A stretch of 64,000 bases of DNA. It comes from Candidatus Eremiobacteria bacterium (GTDB lineage: Bacteria > Vulcanimicrobiota > Vulcanimicrobiia > Vulcanimicrobiales > Vulcanimicrobiaceae). The stretch lies in assembly GCA_963737065.1 (NCBI GenBank), contig CAVTRC010000001.1:416001-480000 (forward strand), given 5' to 3'. Below the pieces are notes generated by a model. That model ran no database searches and had not been told where the DNA came from. It saw only the letters and a list, made by a program, of their open reading frames with translations. Shown piece by piece: positions 39,207 through 48,737 of this stretch. Position 1 is the first letter of the stretch. Each line of letters starts with the position of its first letter. A program made the position numbers and the translations under genes.

Positions 39207-39665
39207 TTGAAAGGGACAACTAGTAGAACGTCCTCCCCGGCGGACGCCGCGGCGTTCGAGGACGAAATCGTCGCGCTGATCCGTGCGCTCGGGCTGCATC
39301 GTCCCGATCGCACGCCATGTGGTCAGCCCGTGTCTGTTGCAGAGGCACAAGCGTTGCACGAACTCGCACGCGAGCCGAGTCTATCGCAGAACGTACTGGC
39401 CTCCAGAATGCATCTGGAGAAGAGCACGATCAGCCGCATTGCAAGTGCGTTAGAGAAATGCGGCTGGCTCGCGCGGACGCGTGACGAGGACGACTCACGG
39501 GTATTGCGTCTGCGACTTACACCACTCGGGTCGCGCGTCGCTCGAAACTTGGCGAGGTCGCGCGCCGAAAAATTCGCTCGCGTTTTTCATTCGCTGCCAC
39601 GCGATCGCCGTACAGCGGTCATCGAATCGCTCGCTCTTCTCTCGGAGGCGTTAGATGCGGACTAG
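39207..39665 (+). CDS. MarR family transcriptional regulator
   Basis: LEKSTISR...LE..GW..R..D..D.R...L.LT..G. Confidence 0.9.
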   Translation: MKGTTSRTSSPADAAAFEDEIVALIRALGLHRPDRTPCGQPVSVAEAQALHELAREPSLSQNVLASRMHLEKSTISRIASALEKCGWLARTRDEDDSRVLRLRLTPLGSRVARNLARSRAEKFARVFHSLPRDRRTAVIESLALLSEALDAD

Positions 39666-40134
39666 AATCGGTTTCATTGTGACGCTTGCGCTTCTTACGG
39701 CGCCGGCTTCAGCGGACACCGCCGCACAACATCACGCGACGGTCATGTCGCACGGAGCGCAGGTAATGCCGTTCGATCGGAAGGCGGCCATGCATATGTT
39801 CACGCCGACCTCGCGCGGTGGCACGCTCGAACTCATGGTTCACAGCATGAATGCAACGCAAATCACGATCGTCCGCGCTCACCTACGCTCGGAAGCGGCG
39901 AAGTTCGCGGTTGGGGACTATTCCGACCCGGCATACATTCACGGGAAATCAATGCCGGGACTCAAGGGTATGGAGCAGAACGTCATCGCCGTTCGCTATT
40001 CCGATACGTCGATGGGCGGACGAATCGTGTTTTGGGGTTCGGACCGGCAAGCGATCGAGAGCGTCCATAAATGGCTCGCGGCGCAGCGCGCCGACCACGG
40101 CACCACGCACCGCGAGTGCAACATGAAGATGTGA
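39655..40134 (+). CDS. Secreted His/Met-rich hypothetical protein
   Basis: Signal peptide; VMPFD...H.F, IHG..MPG, HKWL.AQ..DHG. Confidence 0.75.
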   Translation: MRTRIGFIVTLALLTAPASADTAAQHHATVMSHGAQVMPFDRKAAMHMFTPTSRGGTLELMVHSMNATQITIVRAHLRSEAAKFAVGDYSDPAYIHGKSMPGLKGMEQNVIAVRYSDTSMGGRIVFWGSDRQAIESVHKWLAAQRADHGTTHRECNMKM

Positions 40135-40140
40135 GCGTCG

Positions 40141-40180
40141 AAAGACGAAAATCCGCGAATATCGCGGATTTTCGTTTTTT
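40141..40180. terminator. Bidirectional intrinsic terminator
   Basis: ACGAAAATCCGCGA-ata-TCGCGGATTTTCGT followed by T-run; between convergent genes. Confidence 0.85.
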
Positions 40181-40196
40181 ACGCAAATTACACTGA

Positions 40197-40742
40197 TTAC
40201 GGATACGTCGGCGACTCAATCGGCTCTTCGACTTCTTCTCTCCAAGTGGTCATGGGACCGTCAACGGTGACGAGCTGCAAGAGCTGCCAAAGGCTGCCGG
40301 TATTTTGCGTGTCGTCTCTAATCGATTTATCGTCTAAGCCGACATCGCTCGACCGTTCGGGTGCCGCAGTAACGTACTCGCCCGACGCCGCGTTTTGAAT
40401 CGTTACGTAGCTTTTCCCGATACCGGTCTGCCCTGCATCTGCGAGGGTCCATCGCGTGCGCCGGCCGTCATCCTCTTCCGCGAACGCCGGTTGTTTCGAA
40501 TCTCCGTTTTGCGCGCAGAGATACGTTTCGCGCCACGTGTTCGTGTTCATCAGGGATAGCGTGTAATTGCCCTCCGCTTGAGGAACGATGTGCCACGTTG
40601 TCAACATTCGCTCTGCGTGCATGGAATGCGCGTGCAAGTTCACGCCGCCTTGCTGCGCCGCCTGTCCTCCGAGGAATCGCACTGTTCCGGCGTCATCGCT
40701 CGCCGCTACGATGTTGAAGAACCCGTTTAACGTATATGGCAT
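40197..40742 (-). CDS. Hypothetical protein, possible beta-trefoil (ricin/fascin-like) fold
   Basis: Three roughly 45-50-aa segments each ending near a Trp; GGGAG RBS. Confidence 0.6.
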   Translation of the reverse strand: MPYTLNGFFNIVAASDDAGTVRFLGGQAAQQGGVNLHAHSMHAERMLTTWHIVPQAEGNYTLSLMNTNTWRETYLCAQNGDSKQPAFAEEDDGRRTRWTLADAGQTGIGKSYVTIQNAASGEYVTAAPERSSDVGLDDKSIRDDTQNTGSLWQLLQLVTVDGPMTTWREEVEEPIESPTYP

Positions 40743-40890
40743 GTTCGTCTCCCAAATCGAGATGCATGGTTGTACCCGCTAGTTGCGAGTGGACAGCGCA
40801 GCTCACGGCTGCTTCTACGACCGGCAATTCGCAGGCCGGATGCCCGTCTGCCAGCCTATCGTGCTCGTGCCGCCGTCCTGAATCGGCGTC

Positions 40891-42117
40891 CTAGAATGCA
40901 CCGAGACCGGCCGGTGAACCGAGGCCCGTGTAGACGCTGAACGGCACCTTCGCGACACGATGCAGCGAGGAACGATGTGCGTAAAGATACGATGTCGTTT
41001 GGCCGTTACCAGCGAGCGCATACGCCGAAGCAACGATCGGTGCGCCGACACTCGTGCCTCCGGCGACGAGCCATCCGCCGGCTAGTGCATCAAACATCGA
41101 TACGCCGGATTGCGGATCGGCAACCGCGCCCACGTCAACGCTTGACTTCGTCGCGCATGCCGTCACGCCGGCCTGCCACGACGGGCGCGGCTCGTACGCA
41201 CTGCAGCCATGTCCGGTCCAATACCACGACCGTTGTACGAACGCCGTGCCGCTCTTCTGCAAAATCGTTCCGCCGACCGATGTCACGTACGGCGACACCG
41301 CCGGATACGAAGGATACTTCTGATCGCCGGACGCGGCGGTGATCGCAACACCCGCATGATCGAAGTTCGCGTCGTAGCTTCGTTCGCCGCTCCACTCGCG
41401 TGCATAATAACTGTTGCTTACGACGCGCGCGCCTCTTGCGACGGCCGTGTCCACCGCGCTTGCGAGATCGGCGACCGTCGCCGACTTCGCTTCGACCAGC
41501 AGAATCGAACAACGCGGACAGATCGCGGAAACCATCTCGACATCGATTGCTTCTTCTTCGGACCATCCCATGTTGAACGACGGGTACGCGGTGCCGCCGT
41601 GTTCGTCGATCTTCCGGAAGCATCCATTGAAGCTCGTGCATTGCCCGAGGCCGAACGTCGTGCGGTAGATCGCGAGATCCGCTTCGATCGCCGGGTCGTC
41701 GTACGCGTCAACGATCGCGACCGTCGTGGAAGCTCCTTCGCGCAATCCGTAGGCGCTCTGCAAATCGAGTGGATGGAAACCGGGAACGAGCGACTCGGGC
41801 AAACGTCCATCCAAAATTGCGCCCGCGTTTACGTTGAGCGCCACGCTGCAACTGACGGTGGCTTCGGCGATGGCCGGAATGCACGCGAGCACGTTCGATC
41901 CGGGAAGCGCCGCGGCGCTGTCACCCGGGAGGGCGGCGGCGCTGTCGCCACCGGGCAGTTCGTACGTTCCGTCACCTCCCGGCAATGCAGCGGCACTGTC
42001 CTGCGCCGAAGGACCATGCGGTACCGGCAACGGTGAAACGACCGGAGCTGATCCACCATTGCCGGAACAGCCGGAAATCAACGCAGCCGCAATCCACGGA
42101 ACAAGCGTTCGTCGCAT
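40891..42117 (-). CDS. S53/S8-like peptidase lipoprotein
   Basis: SGC lipobox, AIVDAYD, EEAIDVEM, ASGD, GGTSVGAP. Confidence 0.85.
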   Translation of the reverse strand: MRRTLVPWIAAALISGCSGNGGSAPVVSPLPVPHGPSAQDSAAALPGGDGTYELPGGDSAAALPGDSAAALPGSNVLACIPAIAEATVSCSVALNVNAGAILDGRLPESLVPGFHPLDLQSAYGLREGASTTVAIVDAYDDPAIEADLAIYRTTFGLGQCTSFNGCFRKIDEHGGTAYPSFNMGWSEEEAIDVEMVSAICPRCSILLVEAKSATVADLASAVDTAVARGARVVSNSYYAREWSGERSYDANFDHAGVAITAASGDQKYPSYPAVSPYVTSVGGTILQKSGTAFVQRSWYWTGHGCSAYEPRPSWQAGVTACATKSSVDVGAVADPQSGVSMFDALAGGWLVAGGTSVGAPIVASAYALAGNGQTTSYLYAHRSSLHRVAKVPFSVYTGLGSPAGLGAF

Positions 42118-42125
42118 ACGTTCGG

Positions 42126-44681
42126 CTAAGTCCGTACCCAGCCCGACTTCATTGCTAACGCCACCGCCTCACGCCGGCCACTACATTCCAATTTCCGGCA
42201 GATCGAACGGACGTGTGTGTCGATCGTGTGCGTGCTGCGGCCGCTCTTTGAAGCGATCTCTTTCGAACTGGCGCCGGCGGCCAGAAGCAACAGAATTTCG
42301 CGCTCAACCGGCGTCAGTACGGCATAGCCGCCGCCGGACATATCTTGCGGAAACGGTAACTTTGCGAGAAGGCGCGCCAACCCACCGAAGTGCACCGATC
42401 GAAGGCGCTCCAGCGCGGCGGCGATCTCCGCCGGCTCAGCCTGTCCGAGTGCGCGGCGATAGTACGCGCGCACCGCGTGAATGAGTGCCTGAAGGCGCCC
42501 CTTGCGCTGAACTGCGGCTTCGGCCTCGGCGATGAAACGATGCGCCGCGGATGAGTGGCCGCGTACGAGTTCGACGAGGGCAAGAACGAGCAGCGTACGC
42601 ACAGTGCGGTGCCGGCTATGCCGCGAGGCGGCCAGCGCCTCTTGCGCTCGCGCCATCGCTTCGTGCGTCTCCTCGCTCAACCCGCATGACGCCGCATAGA
42701 GTGAAATCTCCGCGCATCGGTATGCGCGCCGCGTGTTGCCGGTAACGGCCGGTTCACTGCCCGCGAGGATGGCATGCGCCTCGGTAAAATCGCCGTTCCA
42801 TGCCGCTCGCAACGCGCGCGACGGCAACAGCGTCTCGGCAACCGTGTGCGGCAACAACCCATCCGTGCGCGCAATCTCTTTCTCCAAGCGTTCGATCGCG
42901 AGATCGTCGCCGCGGCTCGTTTCGATGTCGATCGATGCAAGCAATCCGTACATACGCGTCTGCACGCCGCCGCTCTTACGCGCCGCTTCGATCAGCCGGT
43001 CGAGCAGCGCGAGGCTTTCGATCGGATCGTCTTCGTCATCGTAGGTGATCGTGTAGAGCACGCTGTACGCGCGAGCGACGACGTCGAAGAGCCCGCATGT
43101 TTGCGCGAGATCGATCGCGAGATTGGCATAGTTCCACGCGTTTCCGCGATCCGGAAGCATGTGATGCACGTACGCGGCTTGTTGGTAGAACCGCGCCCGT
43201 GACGCATCGGAGACACTCGCGTCGATCGATGCAACCGCTTGTGCCACCACGTCCACCGCGCGTTCGAGCAAACCGGCGCGGGCGAGCGCGCTCGCATACG
43301 TGCCGAGGAGTGAAACGCGGCGTGCCGGCGCGATGCTCGTGTCGGCTGCGTACGGTGCCAGAAACGCAACCGCATCGCGGTCGTGACGGATCAGTTCGAT
43401 CGCGTAGCGGTCGACGATCGAGAGACGAATCTCCGCATCGTTTGCTCGCGTAATGGCATCTACGAAGTCGCGTTCCGCCGCATCGAAATGTCCGCGCCCG
43501 GAGAGCGACATCGCTTTGACGGCAAGAACGCGCGCATCGCTAAGCTGCGCGTGTTCGACCAGAGCGACCGCATTCGAAATCGCTTCTGCTTCCCCGCGCT
43601 CGTACACCTCGACGCCGCGCTCAGCCAGCAGCCGCGCAACCGATTCACGGTCCTGCGCGAGCGTGTAGAGGGCGAGCGCGCGCGCCGTCTCATCGCGACG
43701 CTCGAGGATTGACGCTCCGCGAAGATGCGCGCTAGACGCGCGATCGGCGCCGGCACGGCGCAATTCGGAATCCAAGAAGTCGCGAAAGAGATCGTGATAC
43801 CGGAAAACGCCGGGCACTACTTCGCTGATGAACGACGCCTCGCGACGCAGTTCCGCGAACACCGCGCTCGAGCCGCCGAGATCGGCGACCATTGAAGCAT
43901 CGAACGATGAAAACACCGAGGTGTCGAGGAGTAAGGACTGCTGCTCGGGTGTGAGCCCCGAATAGACTTGCTCCGCGAGATACCGGTAGACCATCTCACG
44001 AGCACCGGCCGTGGCCGCACGAAGATCCGTTGCGTACGTACGCGTGCGAACCGCGATGGAAAGGGCAACGGGCCAACCGGCGGTCAATTCACGCAGCGCT
44101 GCGACCTCGTCTCCCGCGATTCCGCCTTCCGCATCGTCGGCAGCGGCGAGGGCCTCGTCTTCGGTAAAACGCAGATCGTCCTCGCCGACGGGGACGTCGA
44201 TCGTTCCGTATCCGAGCCACGACGCAACCGGAAGACCGGCATCCGAGCGCGTCGCGATGATCCAGTTGATGCGCGCCGTCGTGCGTTCGATAAGCGCAAC
44301 GATCAGCTCGACGACACGCGGATCGACAGCCGCATGATGGAGGTCATCGATGACCACCGTGGCGACGACACGGCGCAGATGCTCGCCGAACCACTCAGTA
44401 AGCGTTGAAATCGGTGCTTCTTCGCGAATGATACGCGACTGAATCTGCGGGAATGCCGAAACGGCGCTTGGCGCGACGGTTTCGATCGAACGCGCAAGGC
44501 CGTGAGAGAATGCCAGCAGCGTCGCATCTTCGCGCGGCACGTCATACCGCACCGCGTCGATGCGCGACGTAGCGAGAAAATCGCGAAGCGCCACGGTCTT
44601 TCCGAACCCGGCCGGCGCCACGATTAACGTGACCGGAAAACGAGCAGCGCGCGCGAGCCGCTCGTTGACGCGCGAACGCAT
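42126..44681 (-). CDS. MalT-like ATP-binding LuxR family regulator (start uncertain, 44681 or 44705)
   Basis: APAGFGKT P-loop, IDDLH, TAGWP, FRYHDLFRDFL, C-terminal LuxR HTH. Confidence 0.88.
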   Translation of the reverse strand: MRSRVNERLARAARFPVTLIVAPAGFGKTVALRDFLATSRIDAVRYDVPREDATLLAFSHGLARSIETVAPSAVSAFPQIQSRIIREEAPISTLTEWFGEHLRRVVATVVIDDLHHAAVDPRVVELIVALIERTTARINWIIATRSDAGLPVASWLGYGTIDVPVGEDDLRFTEDEALAAADDAEGGIAGDEVAALRELTAGWPVALSIAVRTRTYATDLRAATAGAREMVYRYLAEQVYSGLTPEQQSLLLDTSVFSSFDASMVADLGGSSAVFAELRREASFISEVVPGVFRYHDLFRDFLDSELRRAGADRASSAHLRGASILERRDETARALALYTLAQDRESVARLLAERGVEVYERGEAEAISNAVALVEHAQLSDARVLAVKAMSLSGRGHFDAAERDFVDAITRANDAEIRLSIVDRYAIELIRHDRDAVAFLAPYAADTSIAPARRVSLLGTYASALARAGLLERAVDVVAQAVASIDASVSDASRARFYQQAAYVHHMLPDRGNAWNYANLAIDLAQTCGLFDVVARAYSVLYTITYDDEDDPIESLALLDRLIEAARKSGGVQTRMYGLLASIDIETSRGDDLAIERLEKEIARTDGLLPHTVAETLLPSRALRAAWNGDFTEAHAILAGSEPAVTGNTRRAYRCAEISLYAASCGLSEETHEAMARAQEALAASRHSRHRTVRTLLVLALVELVRGHSSAAHRFIAEAEAAVQRKGRLQALIHAVRAYYRRALGQAEPAEIAAALERLRSVHFGGLARLLAKLPFPQDMSGGGYAVLTPVEREILLLLAAGASSKEIASKSGRSTHTIDTHVRSICRKLECSGRREAVALAMKSGWVRT

Positions 44682-44802
44682 CAATCCCGCAACTGCGATG
44701 GCCAACCCCCTGTCGCCGTGAGTACCCGCCTTGCTTCTACCCGCATTCCATGAAAGCAACAACCGGGTCGCGGAGCGAAGCACGCCACCGTACGATTGCG
44801 CC

Positions 44803-45633
44803 ATGGACACCGATTACGAACGGGTGGCAAAAGCCATCGATTTTCTCATCGAGCACCGGCACGACCAGCCCTCGCTCGACGACGTCGCTCGCGATGCTGG
44901 TTTGAGTCCGTTCCACTTTCAACGGCTTTTCCGCCGTTATGCCGGTGTGACGCCGAAACAATTTCTGGCCGCCCTAACGCTCGAATCCGCGAAGGCGCTC
45001 TTGGACCGAAACGCAAGCGTACTCGATGCGGCACTCGACGTCGGTCTCTCCAGTCCGGCGCGTCTGCACGATCACTTCGTCTCGATCGACGCGATGTCGC
45101 CCGGCGAATATAAGTCGGGAGGGACGGCACTACACGTAACGTACGGCGTGGCGCAGACGCCGTTCGGTTCGATGCTCGCCGCGACGACCACGCGCGGCGT
45201 CGCAATGCTCGAATTCGTCGAAGCCGGATTCACGTTCGATGCGGCACGAACGGCATTACCGAATGCAATCTTCACGCACGATGATGCCGTTGCAGAATCA
45301 ATCGCCGCACGCGCTTTCGGCGATGAGACCCGGCCACTTCATCTCCACGTACGCGGAACGAATTTTCAGCTACGCGTGTGGAGCGCACTGCTCAAGGTGC
45401 GTCCCGGCGCGGTGAAAACGTATGCGGACGTTGCGCGCGACATCGGCGAACCCAACGGTGCGCGCGCGGTCGGTAGTGCGCTCGGCGCCAATCCCGTCGC
45501 GGTCCTCATCCCGTGTCACCGTGTTATCGCGAGCACCGGTATCGTCGGAAATTACAAATGGGGTGCGGAAAAGAAACGCGCGCTGCTCGCGTGGGAGTCA
45601 GCGCGCGAATCGAGAAGCGCCACGGTGCACTAA
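44803..45633 (+). CDS. AraC HTH + methylated-DNA-protein-cysteine methyltransferase (Ada-like)
   Basis: SPFHFQRLF, GTNFQ..VW, ARAVG, IPCHRV. Confidence 0.92.
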   Translation: MDTDYERVAKAIDFLIEHRHDQPSLDDVARDAGLSPFHFQRLFRRYAGVTPKQFLAALTLESAKALLDRNASVLDAALDVGLSSPARLHDHFVSIDAMSPGEYKSGGTALHVTYGVAQTPFGSMLAATTTRGVAMLEFVEAGFTFDAARTALPNAIFTHDDAVAESIAARAFGDETRPLHLHVRGTNFQLRVWSALLKVRPGAVKTYADVARDIGEPNGARAVGSALGANPVAVLIPCHRVIASTGIVGNYKWGAEKKRALLAWESARESRSATVH

Positions 45634-45869
45634 GTATTGTCGCGAACGCTCCGTTTTGCGTTATCGACGCCTTCTTTGATGCGTTCTTTCGCCTCGTCGG
45701 CGCCGGAGGCAAGCTTCTCTTCCGGCGTCATTGCGTTGCCTGAAGTTTCGCGACGCTCGCGCTCCGCTTCGGCGGCGGAATGATGCATGGCGCCCGCGGC
45801 GCTATCGCGTACGTCCTGTACGCCTTTCTTGACTTCGTCCGTGATGCTGTGGCCGTTTTCGGTACTCAT
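45630..45869 (-). CDS. Small hydrophilic LEA/CsbD-like stress protein
   Basis: 79 aa, highly charged and helical; GGGTAC motif 10 nt upstream. Confidence 0.65.
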   Translation of the reverse strand: MSTENGHSITDEVKKGVQDVRDSAAGAMHHSAAEAERERRETSGNAMTPEEKLASGADEAKERIKEGVDNAKRSVRDNT

Positions 45870-45915
45870 GCTCAAAGGAGTACCCGCGTGGTTGCAGCCC
45901 GAAACGAGCGGAGTT

Positions 45916-46746
45916 ATGGTCGCGTCCAATATCGCCAAGGACGACGCACGCCCGTACGAGCCTGCGAAGGGCCCGGCGCTGCGTCGCATCACCGCGGGGG
46001 CCATCAAGCGGCGTAAGGGGACCGCGGTCGTTCCAATGATCACCGCATATGATACGCCGTTTGCAAGTTTTGCCGAGGAGGCGGGAATCGACTGGATTCT
46101 TTGTGGCGACAGCCTCGGTAACGTCGTACTCGGCTACGACGAAACGACCGCGGTGACGATGGACCAAATGATCCATCACACCGCTGCGGTCGCGCGCGGG
46201 ACCGCGCGCGCACACATCGTCGCGGACATGCCGTTCGGCTCGTATCAGGTCAGTAATGAAGAAGCGGTGCGTAATGCGATTCGTTTCGTGAAAGAAGCCG
46301 GTGTGCAGTCGGTAAAACTCGAGGGCGGCGTGCACGAAGCGGATCGCGTGCGTGCTATTGCTCGCACCGGCATTCCCGTCGTGGGACACATCGGCGTAAC
46401 GCCGCAGACCGCCGGTCTGGGTCCGGGCTACCGCAAGCGAACGCACCGCGATCGGCTTCTGCAAGATGCGCTCGCGATCGAAGGAGCCGGCGCGTACGCG
46501 ATCGTGCTTGAAGTCGTCGACTTCGACATCGCACGCGAGTTGACGGAGCGCTTGTCGATTCTCACGATCGGAATCGGTTCCGGCAACGCATGCGACGCGC
46601 AGGTGCTCGTACTGCACGATCTGCTCGGGATGTACCCGCATTCGCCGCCGTTCGCAAGACGGTTCGCAGAGATCGGCGCGCAATCGATCGCCGCGTTGCG
46701 CGATTATGCGACAGCGGTTCGCGAACGAAGCTTTCCCGAAACGTAA
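45916..46746 (+). CDS. panB: 3-methyl-2-oxobutanoate hydroxymethyltransferase
   Basis: MITAYD, GDSLG, ADMPF, VKLEGG, GHIG.TPQ. Confidence 0.96.
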   Translation: MVASNIAKDDARPYEPAKGPALRRITAGAIKRRKGTAVVPMITAYDTPFASFAEEAGIDWILCGDSLGNVVLGYDETTAVTMDQMIHHTAAVARGTARAHIVADMPFGSYQVSNEEAVRNAIRFVKEAGVQSVKLEGGVHEADRVRAIARTGIPVVGHIGVTPQTAGLGPGYRKRTHRDRLLQDALAIEGAGAYAIVLEVVDFDIARELTERLSILTIGIGSGNACDAQVLVLHDLLGMYPHSPPFARRFAEIGAQSIAALRDYATAVRERSFPET

Positions 46747-46764
46747 ACCTCCGCACGCGCGCGG

Positions 46765-48399
46765 CTAGCGTGCGTCCCAATCTTCGGGATGAACGGGAAT
46801 CTGCAGCATGTTGCGTTGTAAACCGGTGACGCGGCGATTGACGCCGTCGAAGTACACTTCGTAGTAGAGCGGAATCACCGGCGCGTCGTCGTGGATCAGC
46901 TGTTGGATGTCGTTGAAGTCACGATCGCGTTGCGCTTCATCCGGCGTGCGCGCTTGGTCGTCGAATAACGCCTCGAAGCGTTTTGAACAGTAAAACGAAT
47001 GGTTCGAGCCGCCCGGCACGGCTTGGACGCAACGCAGGTTTAACGACTGTTCGGGGTCGCCGCCGCCGACCCATGACTCAGTTGCGATCGCCGCTTTTCC
47101 GTTACGCAAGAGTCCGGTAAAACTGAACCACGTACGCGTGGGGTTCGTTTTGACGGTGAAATGCATTCCGGCCGCCGCAAGCTCAGATTGCACGAGCGTT
47201 GCGATTCGTACGGCGATCGGGTTCTCGGCATCCGCTCCGATCACGCCGGAGAGCGCATCATGATCTTTCGCCCACCCGCCCTCACCAGAGCGCCAGCCCG
47301 ATGCGCTCAACTCGCGTTGCGCGGCGCGAATGTCGTGAGGATACGGTTGAATGGCGGGAGCACTCCACGAGACGATCGGAGGCGGCAGAAACGATCCGGC
47401 GTTCGGATATTGATGATGCCAGATGTTTGCGAGCTGATTGACATCGACGGCATACGCGATAGCGCGGCGGACGTAGACGTCATTCGTCGGCGACGCCTGC
47501 GTCTGGAGATATAAGAATCCGGTCGCGTTCTCCGGCGTGCGTACGATGCGTACGTTTGGAAGGCGTTCGGCTTGCTCCACGTTATCCGGCGTCAGGCGTC
47601 CGACGTCGGTCGCGCCGGACTGCAGCGCGACGAAATTGGAATTGAGGTTCGGAACGATCTGCAGCACGATCTGCTTCAACTTCGGTTTCGGGAAAAAATA
47701 CTCGTTCGGTTCCAAAACGATGCGATCGCCACGGTTCCACGTCGTCACCCGGAACGGCCCGGTCCCGAACGGCGCATTTTCCCACGGCGTACCGACGACT
47801 TTGGTATCGGCAAAGACGTGTTTCGGCAAAATCCCGTACGGATAATCCGACTGCGCGAAGAGCACGCGTACCGCCGCGTTCCACGGTTCACGCAGCCGGA
47901 TAACAACGGTGTGGAGATCCGGCGTTTGGAGTGATACGATCCGTCGATACGATTCCACCGACGTCGCGCGATTGCGCGGATCGAAGATCGCGCGATAGGT
48001 GAACGCGACGTCCGCCGACGTCAGCAGCGCACCGTCCGCGAAACGGACATTGGGGCGTAAATGGTAGGTGATGCGCGTACTATCCGCCGAGATGTCACCG
48101 TTTGTTCGCGATGGCACGCGCGTTACGAGAATCGGCACGACGCGATTGCGTGCATCGAGCCCGACGAGGGTTTGGCAGAAGAGCGCCTCGAGCCATATAT
48201 CGTCCTGATCGAGCGTAATGAACGGCGAGAGCGACGCGGGGTCGCCCGCAAACGCGATGCGCAGCACATGACGCTCGCGCGGAATCCCACCACGCGAACA
48301 CCTTGCGAATGCTGCTACAGCAAGCGCCATCAACACCCAGCGAAGGATGAGTCCGGTCCGCCGAGTCATTCCACTCGTATTCGGCGCGCCGGATTGCAT
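46765..48399 (-). CDS. Peptide ABC transporter substrate-binding protein (family 5)
   Basis: YHLRPNVRFADG, GTGPF; paralog of 12483..14102. Confidence 0.88.
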   Translation of the reverse strand: MQSGAPNTSGMTRRTGLILRWVLMALAVAAFARCSRGGIPRERHVLRIAFAGDPASLSPFITLDQDDIWLEALFCQTLVGLDARNRVVPILVTRVPSRTNGDISADSTRITYHLRPNVRFADGALLTSADVAFTYRAIFDPRNRATSVESYRRIVSLQTPDLHTVVIRLREPWNAAVRVLFAQSDYPYGILPKHVFADTKVVGTPWENAPFGTGPFRVTTWNRGDRIVLEPNEYFFPKPKLKQIVLQIVPNLNSNFVALQSGATDVGRLTPDNVEQAERLPNVRIVRTPENATGFLYLQTQASPTNDVYVRRAIAYAVDVNQLANIWHHQYPNAGSFLPPPIVSWSAPAIQPYPHDIRAAQRELSASGWRSGEGGWAKDHDALSGVIGADAENPIAVRIATLVQSELAAAGMHFTVKTNPTRTWFSFTGLLRNGKAAIATESWVGGGDPEQSLNLRCVQAVPGGSNHSFYCSKRFEALFDDQARTPDEAQRDRDFNDIQQLIHDDAPVIPLYYEVYFDGVNRRVTGLQRNMLQIPVHPEDWDAR

Positions 48400-48495
48400 G
48401 CATGCAGGAGCGCGCCGGCTAGAACGCCGGCGCGCCGACTAACGAGCTGAGGACTCGTTAGTTGTAGGAGGCACCCTACAGCTTTTCACTCGTTA

Positions 48496-48612
48496 CTATG
48501 AGGAGAGTGCCGGCTTCCGTCGTTGGCGCGTGCACGTACGGCGTGATGCGTACGGACGCGAGCGAGCAACCGGGACGACGCCCATCGGTGCTGCGGCAGC
48601 GGCCTTTCTCAT
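48496..48612 (-). CDS. Putative 38-aa basic small protein MRKAAAAAPMGVVPVARSRPYASRRTCTRQRRKPALSS
   Basis: AGGAGG 8 nt before ATG; followed by two hairpins. Confidence 0.4.
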   Translation of the reverse strand: MRKAAAAAPMGVVPVARSRPYASRRTCTRQRRKPALSS

Positions 48613-48737
48613 GCGGTGTACCTCCTGCATTAACAATAGGCCGCGCACACGTCGCGCCGACATACTCAAAACCGGGTAGGACGCGATTGGACAGCTCTAA
48701 CGGGCGCTAGGCGAGCTTCGAAACTCCGAGAAAGACG

